Shown here: piece by piece, positions 51,704-64,000 of the stretch
Position numbering within the stretch: position 1 is the stretch's first letter
How the letters are laid out: each line of letters begins with the position of its first letter
The notes under the pieces: model-generated
Databases searched by the model: none
The model's input: only the letters and a program-made list of their open reading frames with translations
Told to the model about the DNA's origin: nothing
Program-made: the position numbers and the translations under genes
Source of the DNA: an uncultured Gemmatimonadales bacterium
GTDB lineage: Bacteria; Gemmatimonadota; Gemmatimonadetes; Longimicrobiales; Gaopeijiaceae
DNA length: 64,000 bases
Direction of reading: 5' to 3'
Assembly: GCA_963823035.1 (NCBI GenBank)
Contig: CAWGKG010000014.1
Location: 384,001 to 448,000 of the forward strand

Positions 51704-52579
51704 CAGGCCGTTCCGGACCGCACCGCCTCCTTCACCCGCTCGATGTGGCGCTGGAACGCCTTGGCCATCGCGTGGGTCACCGGACCGACCCGCCCGTCCG
51801 CCACGGGGCGGCCGTCCACCTCCACGGTGGGCCGCACCTCCGCGGTGGTTCCCGTGAAGAACAGCTCGTCGGCGTCGGCGAGCTCCTCCACCAGGATGGG
51901 CCGCTCCTCCACGTGGATCCCGTTCATCCGGGCGAGATCGAGCACCACGCCGCGCGAGATGCCGGGCAGGATGACGTTCGTGGCGGGGTGCGTCACCAGC
52001 GTGCCGTCGAACACGCCGAAGAGGTTGGTGTGCGCCCCTTCCAGCGCGATGCCATCCCGAACCTGGATGGCGTCGGTCGCCCCCGCATCGACCGCCGCCT
52101 GGTAGGCGAGGACGTTGGGCAGCAGCGCCGATGGTCTTGATGTCCACGCGTGCCCAGCGACGGTCGGGAACGGTCACCGCCTTGAAGCCCTTCGCCCAGA
52201 CCTCCGGCGAGGGGCGCTGCCACGCCTTGGCGAAGAGGTAGACGGTCGGCGCGACCGGCGTCGTCGGGAAAGGATGCGAACGCGGCGCGACGCCCCGGGT
52301 GATCTGCAGGTAGACGATCGACGTCTCGGCCGTATCGAGCGCGTTGTCGACGAGGAGCCGCCGGTGGATCTCCTCGAGCGGGTCGACGTCGTAGTCGATG
52401 CGCAACCACGAGAGCCCACGGCGCAGCCGCGCCATGTGCCCGTCGAAGTGGAAGGAGACGCCCTCGTAGAAGGGGGTTACCTCGTAGACGCCGTCGGCGA
52501 AGAGGAAGCCGCGGTCGTCCACCGAGACCTTGGCCTCGTCCTTGGGAATGTACTCACCGTTCAGGTAGACGGTGCTCAT
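51703..52579 (-). CDS. dat: Class IV (D-amino-acid) aminotransferase; frameshift near 52128
   Basis: DRGFLFADGVYE, YLQITRG, RWARVDIKT, ILPGISR, ELFFTGTT. Confidence 0.85.
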
Positions 52580-52588
52580 GTCCGTTCG

Positions 52589-53457
52589 TCACTCCGCCGG
52601 CTTCTCGCCCAGCCTGTCGAACTCCTCGATGAGCTGCGCCTCGGGGATGCCCTGTGCCTCCTCCTCGGAGACCTCCTCCACCTCGGCGTCGCGCACCTTC
52701 TGATCCGCGGACTCCGCCTTCGAGCTCACCCGGGGTGAGCTGCTTGGCCTCCTCTCCGCTGGACGACGACGCGGGGAGCAGGCCCATCTCCTGCTTGAGC
52801 GCGGCCAGCTTCGCCTCCACGTCGGCGCCGCCCGGGCCCGCTTCGAGGCGCACGAACTCCTTCTCGAGCGAGTCGCCGACAAGCGCCTCGGTGACCTCGG
52901 CCTGCGCGATGTTCCTGCGCTCCTCCTCCTCGATCTTGTCCGCCATCCGGTTGAAGGCCTCGAAGGCCGACGTGTCGGACAGCCCGGACATGCGTGTCGT
53001 GGATCCGGCGCTGGGCCTGTGCGCGCTTCTGCTTGGCGATCAGGAGATTCCGCTTGCGCTTGGCCTCCTCGATCTTGTCGTTGAGCTGGCGCAGCGATCC
53101 CTTGAGCTTCTCGGTCTCGCCGGCCTGCGCCTGCCAGGTCTGCTGCAGCACCTGCACGCGCTCGCCGTGCTCCTGCTGCCGGATCAGCGCCTGCTTGGCC
53201 AGGTCGTCGCGTCCCTCGCGCACCGCCAGCATCGCCCGATGCTCCCAGTCGCGGGCCTGCTTAGCCTCGTCCTCGAGCTGCGATTTCAGCTTGCGCTCGT
53301 CCGCGATGGCCGCGGCCACCTCCCGCTTTGCCTTCGCCAGCTGATCCCGCATGTCCAGGATGATCTGGTTCAGCATCTTCTCGGGATTCTCGGCCCGGGA
53401 GATGAGGTCGTTGATGTTCGACTTGATCACCGTGGACAGCTTGGAAATGATGCCCAT
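52589..53457 (-). CDS. pspA: PspA/IM30 family protein with acidic C-terminal extension; frameshifts near 52993 and 52720
   Basis: KSNINDLISRAENPEKML, GRDDLAKQAL, AFNRMADKIE, LEKEF..L. Confidence 0.9.
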
Positions 53458-53462
53458 GTCGC

Positions 53463-53864
53463 TCAGCCCTCCGCCTCTGCGCCCGCCAGCGAGCGGATGC
53501 GTTCCATGTGTCCCGTCGCCGCCAGCTCCATCGATTCGATGGACGCCTGCAACTCCAGGAAGTCCAGCGTCTCGAGCTCGAGCGTGTCCGTGAGGATCAG
53601 CTCGTTCGCTTCGAGCCCGTAGGCTCCGTGCACCACGTCGGAGGCGTTCAGCTCGAGCAGCGTGCGGTACAGCTCCATCGCGCCGTCGCCGAGCTCGGGC
53701 AGGTCCATGAGCTTCATGCGGATCAGGAGGAGCGCGTCGGCGTGATGGACCACCATGGGGAGGCCGCTGTTGCGCCCCCGCACGAGGTACATCCCGTTGT
53801 CGACCTCCTCGTACTCCACATCCATGCGGATGAAGAAGCTCTCGAGATCCTCTCGGGTAACCAT
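53463..53864 (-). CDS. YbjN/CesT-like chaperone-fold protein
   Basis: 133-aa acidic protein, LYRTLLELNA..HGAYGL..LILTDTL; directly upstream of pspA. Confidence 0.7.
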   Translation of the reverse strand: MVTREDLESFFIRMDVEYEEVDNGMYLVRGRNSGLPMVVHHADALLLIRMKLMDLPELGDGAMELYRTLLELNASDVVHGAYGLEANELILTDTLELETLDFLELQASIESMELAATGHMERIRSLAGAEAEG

Positions 53865-53928
53865 GACCGTCTCCGTTCTCTGGGCCTCCGCGGGGCGGAA
53901 GCGGTCCTCTTTTCGATTCGCCGGACCC

Positions 53929-53955
53929 TACGACCCCACCGGGAAAGCGGTTTCC
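53929..53955 (-). promoter_or_regulatory. ECF-sigma (SigW-like) promoter for the ybjN-pspA operon
   Basis: Minus strand GGAAAC-N17-CGTA, 65 nt upstream of the ATG. Confidence 0.55.
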
Positions 53956-53980
53956 CGTGCGGGAAACCCGGTCGCTGAAA

Positions 53981-56866
<2,886 letters not shown>

Positions 56867-56874
56867 AGCCTGGT

Positions 56875-56903
56875 ATTGTACCGAGGGAGGAGGGGCCGTT
56901 CAA
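56875..56903 (-). promoter_or_regulatory. Sigma70 promoter for uvrA (near-leaderless)
   Basis: Minus strand TTGAAC-N17-TACAAT-N8-ATG; no SD. Confidence 0.72.
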
Positions 56904-57071
56904 TCCGCGGATGCGGGTCGCGGCGAGGCACCCGTCGGCGCCGACGGGTGCGGGGGAGTGCCCTACACGGGGTAGGGGGGATGGCCCGACACCCTGCCGG
57001 GCCGGGGGCCCCTACGTTGAGCGTGGGAAGTTCTGCTTCGTGGGAAGGTCCGCTTCCAAGGAGAGATACCC

Positions 57072-58001
57072 ATGCTCCGGTCTCTCGTGGTCCCCCTCGA
57101 CGGGTCCGAGTTCAGCGAGCGAACGCTCCCCCTGGCGGGCAGGCTCGCCGCCGCCACCGGCGCGGCGCTCCACCTGGCCCACGTGCACGTTTCGCACCCC
57201 CCCGACCAGCTCCTCTCGAACACGCAGTTCCACTTCGAGGGGTTGGACATGGAGGAGTACAACGCCCGCCACCGCTCCGAGGAGCTCGACTACCTGGCCC
57301 GGCTCGGCTCGTCGGTGGGCAACGGCACGCACGTCGACACCACGCTCCTCGAAGGGAACGTAGCGGAGGAGATCGCCGCCTACGCTTCCTCCGTGGGCGC
57401 CGACATGGTGCTCATCACCACGCACGGCCACACGGGCGTGAGCCGCATGTGGCTCGGCAGCGTGGCGGACGCGCTCGTGCGCATGACCACGCTTCCCCTG
57501 CTGGTGATCCATCCCGCCCACGGGGGCCACATCCCGGGAGACGTCACCTCCTTCGGGCACATCCTGGTGCCGCTGGACGGCTCCGAGCTGTCGGCGACCA
57601 TCCTGGAGCCGGCCACCGAGCTGGCCCGGGCCGCCGGTGCGCGCATCACCCTGGTGCACGTGGTGAGCTCGTCGGCCGTCCTCGGCACGCGCATCTTCCC
57701 GCTCCTCCCGGACGACGTCGCGCCCGCGATCGAGAAGGCGCACACCTACCTCGAGGGCGTGGCGGAAGAGCTGCGCGAGGGGGGGCTGGAGGTCGCGGTC
57801 CACGTGGAGGAGCACGACGCGCCCGGGCGCGCCATCGCCGGCATCGCGGACAAGCTGGATGCCGACCTCATCGCCCTGGCCACGCACGGCTACGGAGGGC
57901 TGAAGCGGGCGCTCCTGGGGAGCGTGGCCGACAAGGTGCTGCGCGGCAGTCCACTCCCGCTGTTGGTGCAACGCCCAGGGACCGAGCAGGCGTCTCAGTA
58001 G
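57072..58001 (+). CDS. Universal stress protein, tandem USP domains
   Basis: VPLDGSE twice; THGHTG..LGSVAD and THGYGG..LGSVAD. Confidence 0.95.
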   Translation: MLRSLVVPLDGSEFSERTLPLAGRLAAATGAALHLAHVHVSHPPDQLLSNTQFHFEGLDMEEYNARHRSEELDYLARLGSSVGNGTHVDTTLLEGNVAEEIAAYASSVGADMVLITTHGHTGVSRMWLGSVADALVRMTTLPLLVIHPAHGGHIPGDVTSFGHILVPLDGSELSATILEPATELARAAGARITLVHVVSSSAVLGTRIFPLLPDDVAPAIEKAHTYLEGVAEELREGGLEVAVHVEEHDAPGRAIAGIADKLDADLIALATHGYGGLKRALLGSVADKVLRGSPLPLLVQRPGTEQASQ

Positions 58002-61000
58002 CCCCATTCCCGGAAGATGAACACGCCCAGGATCTTCTGGGACCGGTTGAGTTGGCCGAGCGCGCCGAGGTTGGTCCTCAGGAAGGCGTCCTCCCAGAAC
58101 GCCTGGAAGTTGTAGTCGTCGGTCATCGCGACCTCCACGCGCGCCCCGCCGAAGGCGTTGTTGGCGGCCCCTGACTGCTCCGAGGGCGTGCGGAAGATCA
58201 GCACGACGAAGACGTCCTCACCGAGGTACTGGCCGAACTCGAACTGCGTGCCGCCGAGGAAGGACGAGTTCACCGCGCCCGACGCGACCCCGTAGTCGCC
58301 CAGCGTCGTGATGTTCAGGTAGTCGAGCCCGATCTGCTGCGACAGGACCGCGCCGATGCGCGTGGCGAGCGTGCCCGTCGCGTAGTTGACCGTGGCGCCC
58401 AGGGCCGCCGTCCCGACGCCGCCCTGCCCGGCGGTGACCAGCTGGGAGCTCGGACGCCCGAAGATCAGATAGCTGACGAGGTCGGACTGCGCGACGCCCT
58501 GTTCGTCGGTCGAGAGGGTGACCCGCGGCTGCGTGAGCGTGCCCGAGACGGTGGCCGTCACCTCGAGGGGAATCAGCTCCATCCGTCGCACGCGGGACAC
58601 CGCCTCGATGTCGAGCGTCGGGTTGATCCCGGACGTGCCGATGAAGCCCACCGTCCCGCTCTGCACGTCGAAGCGGCGGCCGAGCACCGTGTACGAACCC
58701 CGGAGCGCCTGGAGGTCGCCCACCAGGACCACGTCGCGTTGCGAGCGGTCGTAGCTCACGATGAGGTCGCCCCCCATCTCCACGTTCATCTCCTCGGAGC
58801 GGAGCCAGGCGTTGCGGGGCACCGACATGTCGACGTTGGCGCGCAGGTTCTGCAGGAAGGGGTTGTCGAGGCCCACGAGGAGCGGCCGCCCGGAGAGCGC
58901 CGTGGTGTCCACCAGCGCCGGGAAGCGCGGGTCACTGAGGTCCACGACCTCGGCGCTGCGCGCGAACTCCTCCAGGAAGAGCGTGCCGTGGTCCACGCTG
59001 AGGCTGCCGGTCAGGAGCGGCTTCCGATAGGACTCTCCGAGGTGGACCTGGCCGCTGATGTTGCCTTCCACGTCGCGGCGGCCCACGGCCTGGAAGTTGT
59101 CGAAGGTGGCCGTCAGGTCCAGCTTCGGATCCGCGAGCGGCTCGAGCGTGACCTGACCTTCGATCGTCGACGAGCCCCCCGCTCGGCTGGTCAGCTTCAC
59201 GTCGACCGTGCGGTTCGCGTTGAGGGTGGCCGTCCCGTCGATCGCGCTGTACCGCACGCCGAGCGCCTCGATCGACCACGCGCCGTTCAGGAGGTGAACG
59301 ACGCCCGAGGGCTCCGGGCTGTCCAGCGTGCCGCCGATCTGGAAGTCGCCCGACACGACGCCGGTCACGTCCTCCAGCGCGTCCAGGTAGCTCAGCGCCA
59401 CGGCCGCATCGAGCGAGTCCGCCACGACCCGGACGTCCATGGGACGATCGACCACGCGGCGCGCTTCCGTGTCGAGGGCCAGGTTGATCGGCACCGTCCC
59501 GGAGGCGCGGAAGACCCGCCGACCCTCGTCGGTGGCGTCCAGCCGCACGCGCGCCTCCTGTTCCCGGTAGCTCAGCTCCCCGGAGATCGCACCCATCGAC
59601 AGCGTCCGGTAGCGCGGCTCCTGGATCGCAAAGGACCCCTCGATGACCGGATCGGTGGCCGGTCCCGTCACCTGCAGGCCCAGGTCCAGGTGCCCGGCCA
59701 CCCGCAGGTCCTCGAGCTGGGCGACGTGCGCGAGCCGCTCCACGTGCAGCCCGTTCGCGTCGACGCGCAGGTCGGACGATCCGGCCCACGCCAACGTGCC
59801 GTCCGCGGTCACGCTCATCGGGTCCTCGCCCTCGCGGGTGAACGACACGCCGCGCACCGTCACCTGACCCGTGCTCCACGTCACCGTGGCGGGCTGCGTC
59901 AGGTGCCACGCGAGCGAATCCACCGCGAAGGTCGCCCGCTCCAGGTGTGCCTCCCCTCCCCCGAGCGTGTCGAGCGCGAAGGAGCCGTCCGTCCGGTAGC
60001 GCTCCTCCCCGCTTCGGGTCACGTTCACCGTGCCCTCTCCCGCACGCCCGTGCACGGTCAGGTCGGCCGCCACGTCCTCGAAGGAGCGTCCCTTCCACTC
60101 GAGCGTCCGGGCGTTCAGGCCGACCTGACCCTCGCGGTCGGCCGAGCGCACCCGTTGCATGTCGACCACGAACTCGGCGCGCTCCACGTGGTCCATCCCG
60201 TAGACGCCCTCGCGCACCGTGGCGGATCCGACCACGTCGAGGAGGTCCAGCGACCCGGAGAGCGTCACTTCCCCCTCCACCGCTCCGGACATCGCCACCT
60301 CGGCCCGCGTGGGGAGCGTGTCCGGGTCGACGCCCTGCATGCGCAGCAGCTCCAACTCCACGGAGCCGAGCGTATCGCGCGCCGTGACCACGTCTCCACG
60401 GAAGATGGACCGGAGCCCCTCGAGGTCGTCCGTCCGGAATGCCACCCGCGCCTCGGCGCGCGCGTCGCGGCTCAGGCCGAGGCCGCCACCACCGGAGACA
60501 TGGACGCCGCCGAGGTCGGCGAGGAGCGTGTCCACCGTGAGGATGCCGCCGGCCGCGGAGAGCTCGGCGGAAACGGTGTCCACGTGCAGGCCGCCGATGC
60601 GCGACGCGGACGCGGTCAGCGAGGCGCGCGCGGCCAGGGAGTCCGCATGGATCCCCCGCCCCTCGAGGAAGACGTGCCCCGACCAGACCGTGGGGTCGGG
60701 GAGCCCGCGGACGAAGCGCGAGAGGGTCACGTCTTCGAGGCGCGCGTCCAGGCGGTAGCCGGACCCCACCGCCATGGCGTCGAGGCGGCCGTCCACCGTG
60801 GCCGTGCCGCCGCCCACAGAGAGCCCGCCCGTGACGCGCAGGTCGTCGAGCGGGCCGACCGTCCGCACGGAGCCGGTCACGTCGCCGTCGAGGTCGAGCC
60901 CGGGCGCCACGCCGCGGAGGAGCCCGAGCGAGAGGGGCGAGAGATCGCCCTGGATGTCGGTCACCCACCGTCCCGGCTCGGCGCGTCGCACCGATCCATG

Positions 61001-62446
61001 CGCCCGCACGCGCGACTGGACGGCGGGATCGAGGCGATGGGCGATGTCGGCGGTGAAGCGCAGGCCGTCGTCGATCCGGCCGGCCGCGTCCACCTCCAGG
61101 GAGCCCGTCCCCGACAGGTGCGCGGCGGGGAGCAGCGCACCGAGCGTCTCGTAGTCGAGCGGATCGAGGAGGGCGTGGAAGTCCGAGAGCCCCGGGTCGC
61201 TCGCCACCCGCACGGTCCCCCGGAAGTCCGCCGTGGTGGGGCCCGCCCCGTAGCCCGTCGCCACGAAGGTGACGCGTCCCTCCGTGGCCAGCGCCTGGAG
61301 GCGCCCGGAGAGGCGCACGCGGCCGCTCAGCCACCCGTCCAACGGGATCTTCCGCCCCAGCCACGGCTCCAGCCGCCGAACGGACAACGGGCTCGCCCGC
61401 ACGTCGAGGTCGTGGAGGATCGTGGCGTCCCCGACTTCGACGCCGCCGTCGACCCGGAGACGGCTCGCCTCGAGCTGGACGTCCACCGCGCGCAGCCGCA
61501 CGGACACGGCGTCGCCGGTCGACACGGCGAGCGCGCCGGAGAAGCGCCCCGAGGGAATCCTGTCGTCCAGCCAGGAGAGGTCGGCGAGCGAAGCCGCGCC
61601 GCGGGTCCGCAGGTCGAGGTCGAGGCCCCACCCCTCCACACCCCGTGGGCCGAGCGCCAGGGTCCCGTCGAACGCCGATCCGGGAGCCCGGAAGACGGCG
61701 GAGTCCACCCTCAGGCCCTGGTCGCCGAACGTGAGGTGCCCCGCTACCTCGTCCACGCGGAGCGTTCGATCGAGGAGCGAGAGGTCCGTCGACAGCGCGC
61801 TCAGCCGCGCAGCGAAGAGCTGCTCGGAGCCGGGCCGGAGGACGACGTCCCGCAGCGTGGCCTCGAGGCGCTCCAGCCCCAGGCGGCGCAACCGCCCCTC
61901 GCCGTCGGGGGCCTCTACGGTGGGCACCCTGGGGGAGACGTCGCGCCCGGCGGGCAGGAGCACCTCGACCAGGCCGCCCCGGATCTCCACGCTCTGCAGC
62001 GTGACCGGCGTGCCGGGCACGCGGGCGCTGTCCGCGAGGGCGCGGTCCACGGTCAGGTGGGCGACGTTGGCCTCCTCCTCCCCGGCGTAGCGGGTGATCT
62101 GGACATGCGGTCCGTACACGGTGAGCGCCGCGATGCGGGGGGTGCCGCTCACCAGGCGCAGGAGGGAGTAGTGGACGCGCACGGAATCGGCGTCGAGGAA
62201 CGGACGGCCGCCCTCCGCGGTGAGATGCACGCCGACGAGCACGGCGCCCGCGAGGAGGGTGGGGCTGCGCACGCTGTCCACGGTGAGCGTGCCGGCCAGC
62301 CCGCCGCGCACCCGGTCGAGCACGAAGCCGAGGACCGCGCGCTGCCCCGGCCGGGAGTTCACGAGGGCGGTCGCCACGGCGGCCAACAGCACGATCACCA
62401 CGGCCACCGCCACCAGGAGCCTCCATCCCCACCGCCGGGCGGCCAT
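57995..62446 (-). CDS. tamB: Translocation/assembly module TamB (AsmA-like)
   Basis: N-terminal anchor MAARRWGWRLLVAV.., long beta-taenia repeats, C-terminal INPTLDIEA..SYLIFGR; adjacent to an Omp85 gene. Confidence 0.85.
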   Translation of the reverse strand: MAARRWGWRLLVAVAVVIVLLAAVATALVNSRPGQRAVLGFVLDRVRGGLAGTLTVDSVRSPTLLAGAVLVGVHLTAEGGRPFLDADSVRVHYSLLRLVSGTPRIAALTVYGPHVQITRYAGEEEANVAHLTVDRALADSARVPGTPVTLQSVEIRGGLVEVLLPAGRDVSPRVPTVEAPDGEGRLRRLGLERLEATLRDVVLRPGSEQLFAARLSALSTDLSLLDRTLRVDEVAGHLTFGDQGLRVDSAVFRAPGSAFDGTLALGPRGVEGWGLDLDLRTRGAASLADLSWLDDRIPSGRFSGALAVSTGDAVSVRLRAVDVQLEASRLRVDGGVEVGDATILHDLDVRASPLSVRRLEPWLGRKIPLDGWLSGRVRLSGRLQALATEGRVTFVATGYGAGPTTADFRGTVRVASDPGLSDFHALLDPLDYETLGALLPAAHLSGTGSLEVDAAGRIDDGLRFTADIAHRLDPAVQSRVRAHGSVRRAEPGRWVTDIQGDLSPLSLGLLRGVAPGLDLDGDVTGSVRTVGPLDDLRVTGGLSVGGGTATVDGRLDAMAVGSGYRLDARLEDVTLSRFVRGLPDPTVWSGHVFLEGRGIHADSLAARASLTASASRIGGLHVDTVSAELSAAGGILTVDTLLADLGGVHVSGGGGLGLSRDARAEARVAFRTDDLEGLRSIFRGDVVTARDTLGSVELELLRMQGVDPDTLPTRAEVAMSGAVEGEVTLSGSLDLLDVVGSATVREGVYGMDHVERAEFVVDMQRVRSADREGQVGLNARTLEWKGRSFEDVAADLTVHGRAGEGTVNVTRSGEERYRTDGSFALDTLGGGEAHLERATFAVDSLAWHLTQPATVTWSTGQVTVRGVSFTREGEDPMSVTADGTLAWAGSSDLRVDANGLHVERLAHVAQLEDLRVAGHLDLGLQVTGPATDPVIEGSFAIQEPRYRTLSMGAISGELSYREQEARVRLDATDEGRRVFRASGTVPINLALDTEARRVVDRPMDVRVVADSLDAAVALSYLDALEDVTGVVSGDFQIGGTLDSPEPSGVVHLLNGAWSIEALGVRYSAIDGTATLNANRTVDVKLTSRAGGSSTIEGQVTLEPLADPKLDLTATFDNFQAVGRRDVEGNISGQVHLGESYRKPLLTGSLSVDHGTLFLEEFARSAEVVDLSDPRFPALVDTTALSGRPLLVGLDNPFLQNLRANVDMSVPRNAWLRSEEMNVEMGGDLIVSYDRSQRDVVLVGDLQALRGSYTVLGRRFDVQSGTVGFIGTSGINPTLDIEAVSRVRRMELIPLEVTATVSGTLTQPRVTLSTDEQGVAQSDLVSYLIFGRPSSQLVTAGQGGVGTAALGATVNYATGTLATRIGAVLSQQIGLDYLNITTLGDYGVASGAVNSSFLGGTQFEFGQYLGEDVFVVLIFRTPSEQSGAANNAFGGARVEVAMTDDYNFQAFWEDAFLRTNLGALGQLNRSQKILGVFIFREWGY

Positions 62447-63999
62447 CAGAACGCCTGGCCGATCGAAAGGTGGAGCTGCAGTCGGCTCAACGACCAGGGG
62501 TCGGACGCGCCATAGAGCACGCGGGGGCCGAGCACGGCGAGCGCCCCGCTCTTCACCCACGGCTGGTACGCGCCGCCGTTCCACTGGAGCCTGTCGTCCG
62601 GGGCATCGACGCCGGGCTAGTACGGCCGGATCTGGTCCGTCACGACCGCCAGCTCCTCGCCGCTGCGGAAGCGGTACGCGAGATCCAGGCGTAGGGGCCC
62701 GATCGGGCTCATGTACCGCACCCCGAGGCCCGGACTCACCTCGATGTCGCCGAGGGAGACCGACTGCGTCGCGTTCCACACCTGGCCGAAGTCCGTGAAC
62801 ACGGCGCCCTCGACCTTCCCCCCGAGGAGGACGCGCACCTCCAGGTTGCCCTCGAGCACACGCGTGCCTCCCGTGGCGCGGGGGGTGAAAGTACCGCTCG
62901 GAAGGGCCGAGGCATCGCAGGTGAGGGACGCGACCTCTTCCGGCGTGCACACGCTCGTATGCGTTGGCGTGGAGGCGGTGTCCAGCAGCGCGGTCACCTC
63001 CCTCACGAAGAGGACGCGGGGCCCCAGACGGCTCTGCGGAAAGCCGCGCACGGAGTTCGCGCCGCCCGCGTAGAACCGCTTCTGGGGATGCACGATATCC
63101 GCGGTGGACGGCTGACCCAGGAGGCCCTCGAAGCCGCCCGCGCCCACCCAGCCGAGGCGCAGCCTGCCCGCCAGGATCGATCGATCCGTGAGCCGCGCAT
63201 AGCGCGACCCCTCGGTGACCACCCTGGAATAGGAGAAGCGCGACCCGGTGAAGGCCTCCGCGTGCTCCAGGTCGACGAGCAGCTGGTAGCCCCGGGTCGG
63301 GTTCAGGAGGTTGTCGGTCGTGGCGCGCGTGAACGTCAGCCCGATGGGCGCGAGCCACTGTGCGCTCTGAAGCTCGGCGATGTCCTCGCGCGTGCACACC
63401 AGGAAGGTCGAGCACACGAGCGGCTCGGCGGCGTCCAGGCTGGAGCGCTCGGGGCGGTAGGAGAGCGTGAGGGGCGTGCGCGGTCCGATGTTGCGGGTGA
63501 GCGCGAGCTGGAGACCCACGGCCGTGCGCACGAACGCGTCCGGAAGGCTCTGGCGCTCCGCGTAGAGCGAAGCCTGGAACGAGTTGCGCGTCGAGAAGAT
63601 CCACGGCTGGGAAAAGTCCGCGGACACCAGCCAGTTCGGCTTGAAGAAGCGCGCGTCGCGCGTTCCGGGATCACAGAACAAGCCCTGGAATTCCTGGGCG
63701 AGAACGTTCGACACGCGTCCGCGCACCTGGAGCCTGCGCCCACCGCCCATGAAGTCCCGGCTCACCCAGCGCGACTCCACGTCGAGGCATTCGTTGCTGC
63801 TCCAACCCGTACCGGCCCGCACGCGGTGCAGGTCGCCCTCCGTGAGCTGGACGGTGACCGGCACGATCGAGTCCTGCCCGCTCCCGTAATCCGGGAGGAT
63901 GCTCGCCGAGCGCAGGATCTCGAGGCCGAAGAGCCGGGCCTGCGCCTCCTGGAGCTGATCGACGCGGTAGACGTCGCCCGCCCGGAACTGGAGCGTGCG
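62446..63999 (-). CDS. BamA/TamA family Omp85 protein (5' truncated by window edge; in-frame TAG at 62617-62619)
   Basis: POTRA FRAGDVYR, RFYAGGANSVRGF, GLGVRYMSPIGPLRLDLAY, and after the TAG ..LQLHLSIGQAF*. Confidence 0.9.
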
Positions 64000-64000
64000 C

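Noticed and set aside
50696..52579. Apparent aminotransferase-MBL fusion (627 aa)
   Set aside because: Frameshift near 52128; the dat C-terminus is in ORF 51703-52014 and the MBL has its own signal peptide

Overview
High-GC (about 70%) chromosomal window, densely coding, from a diderm bacterium. Gene content suggests Gemmatimonadota or a similar lineage (inference only). Many conserved genes, including essential ones, carry 1-2 nt frameshifts, and one has an in-frame TAG. This pattern points to an unpolished long-read consensus, so several ORF-track 'fusions' are artefacts. In order the window holds: a PadR + duplicated ABC permease pair; trpS-mgtC-pilT-DapA-like; an OmpW remnant and suhB; a PepSY/DUF5916 + two-component + PAP2/YncE/RND-TolC block; a hybrid kinase; hsp20 with a sigma54 promoter; the asd-lysC-dapB-dapA-dapD operon; a small decayed defence-like island (SBD-HNH nuclease, internally deleted BNR hydrolase, BrnT remnant + BrnA, methyltransferase, ATPase); a large amino-sugar/peptidoglycan-salvage cluster; a GxxExxY nuclease cassette; MBL-dat-pspA-YbjN; uvrA; a tandem USP gene; and tamB/tamA. 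The most unusual structure is at 50105-50643. There a GxxExxY (PD-(D/E)XK) nuclease gene sits between two ~68-nt hairpins. The hairpins are direct repeats of each other and are built from 9-nt subunits, which suggests a nuclease-associated REP-like mobile or palindrome system. No rRNA, tRNA, CRISPR array or transposase was recognised.
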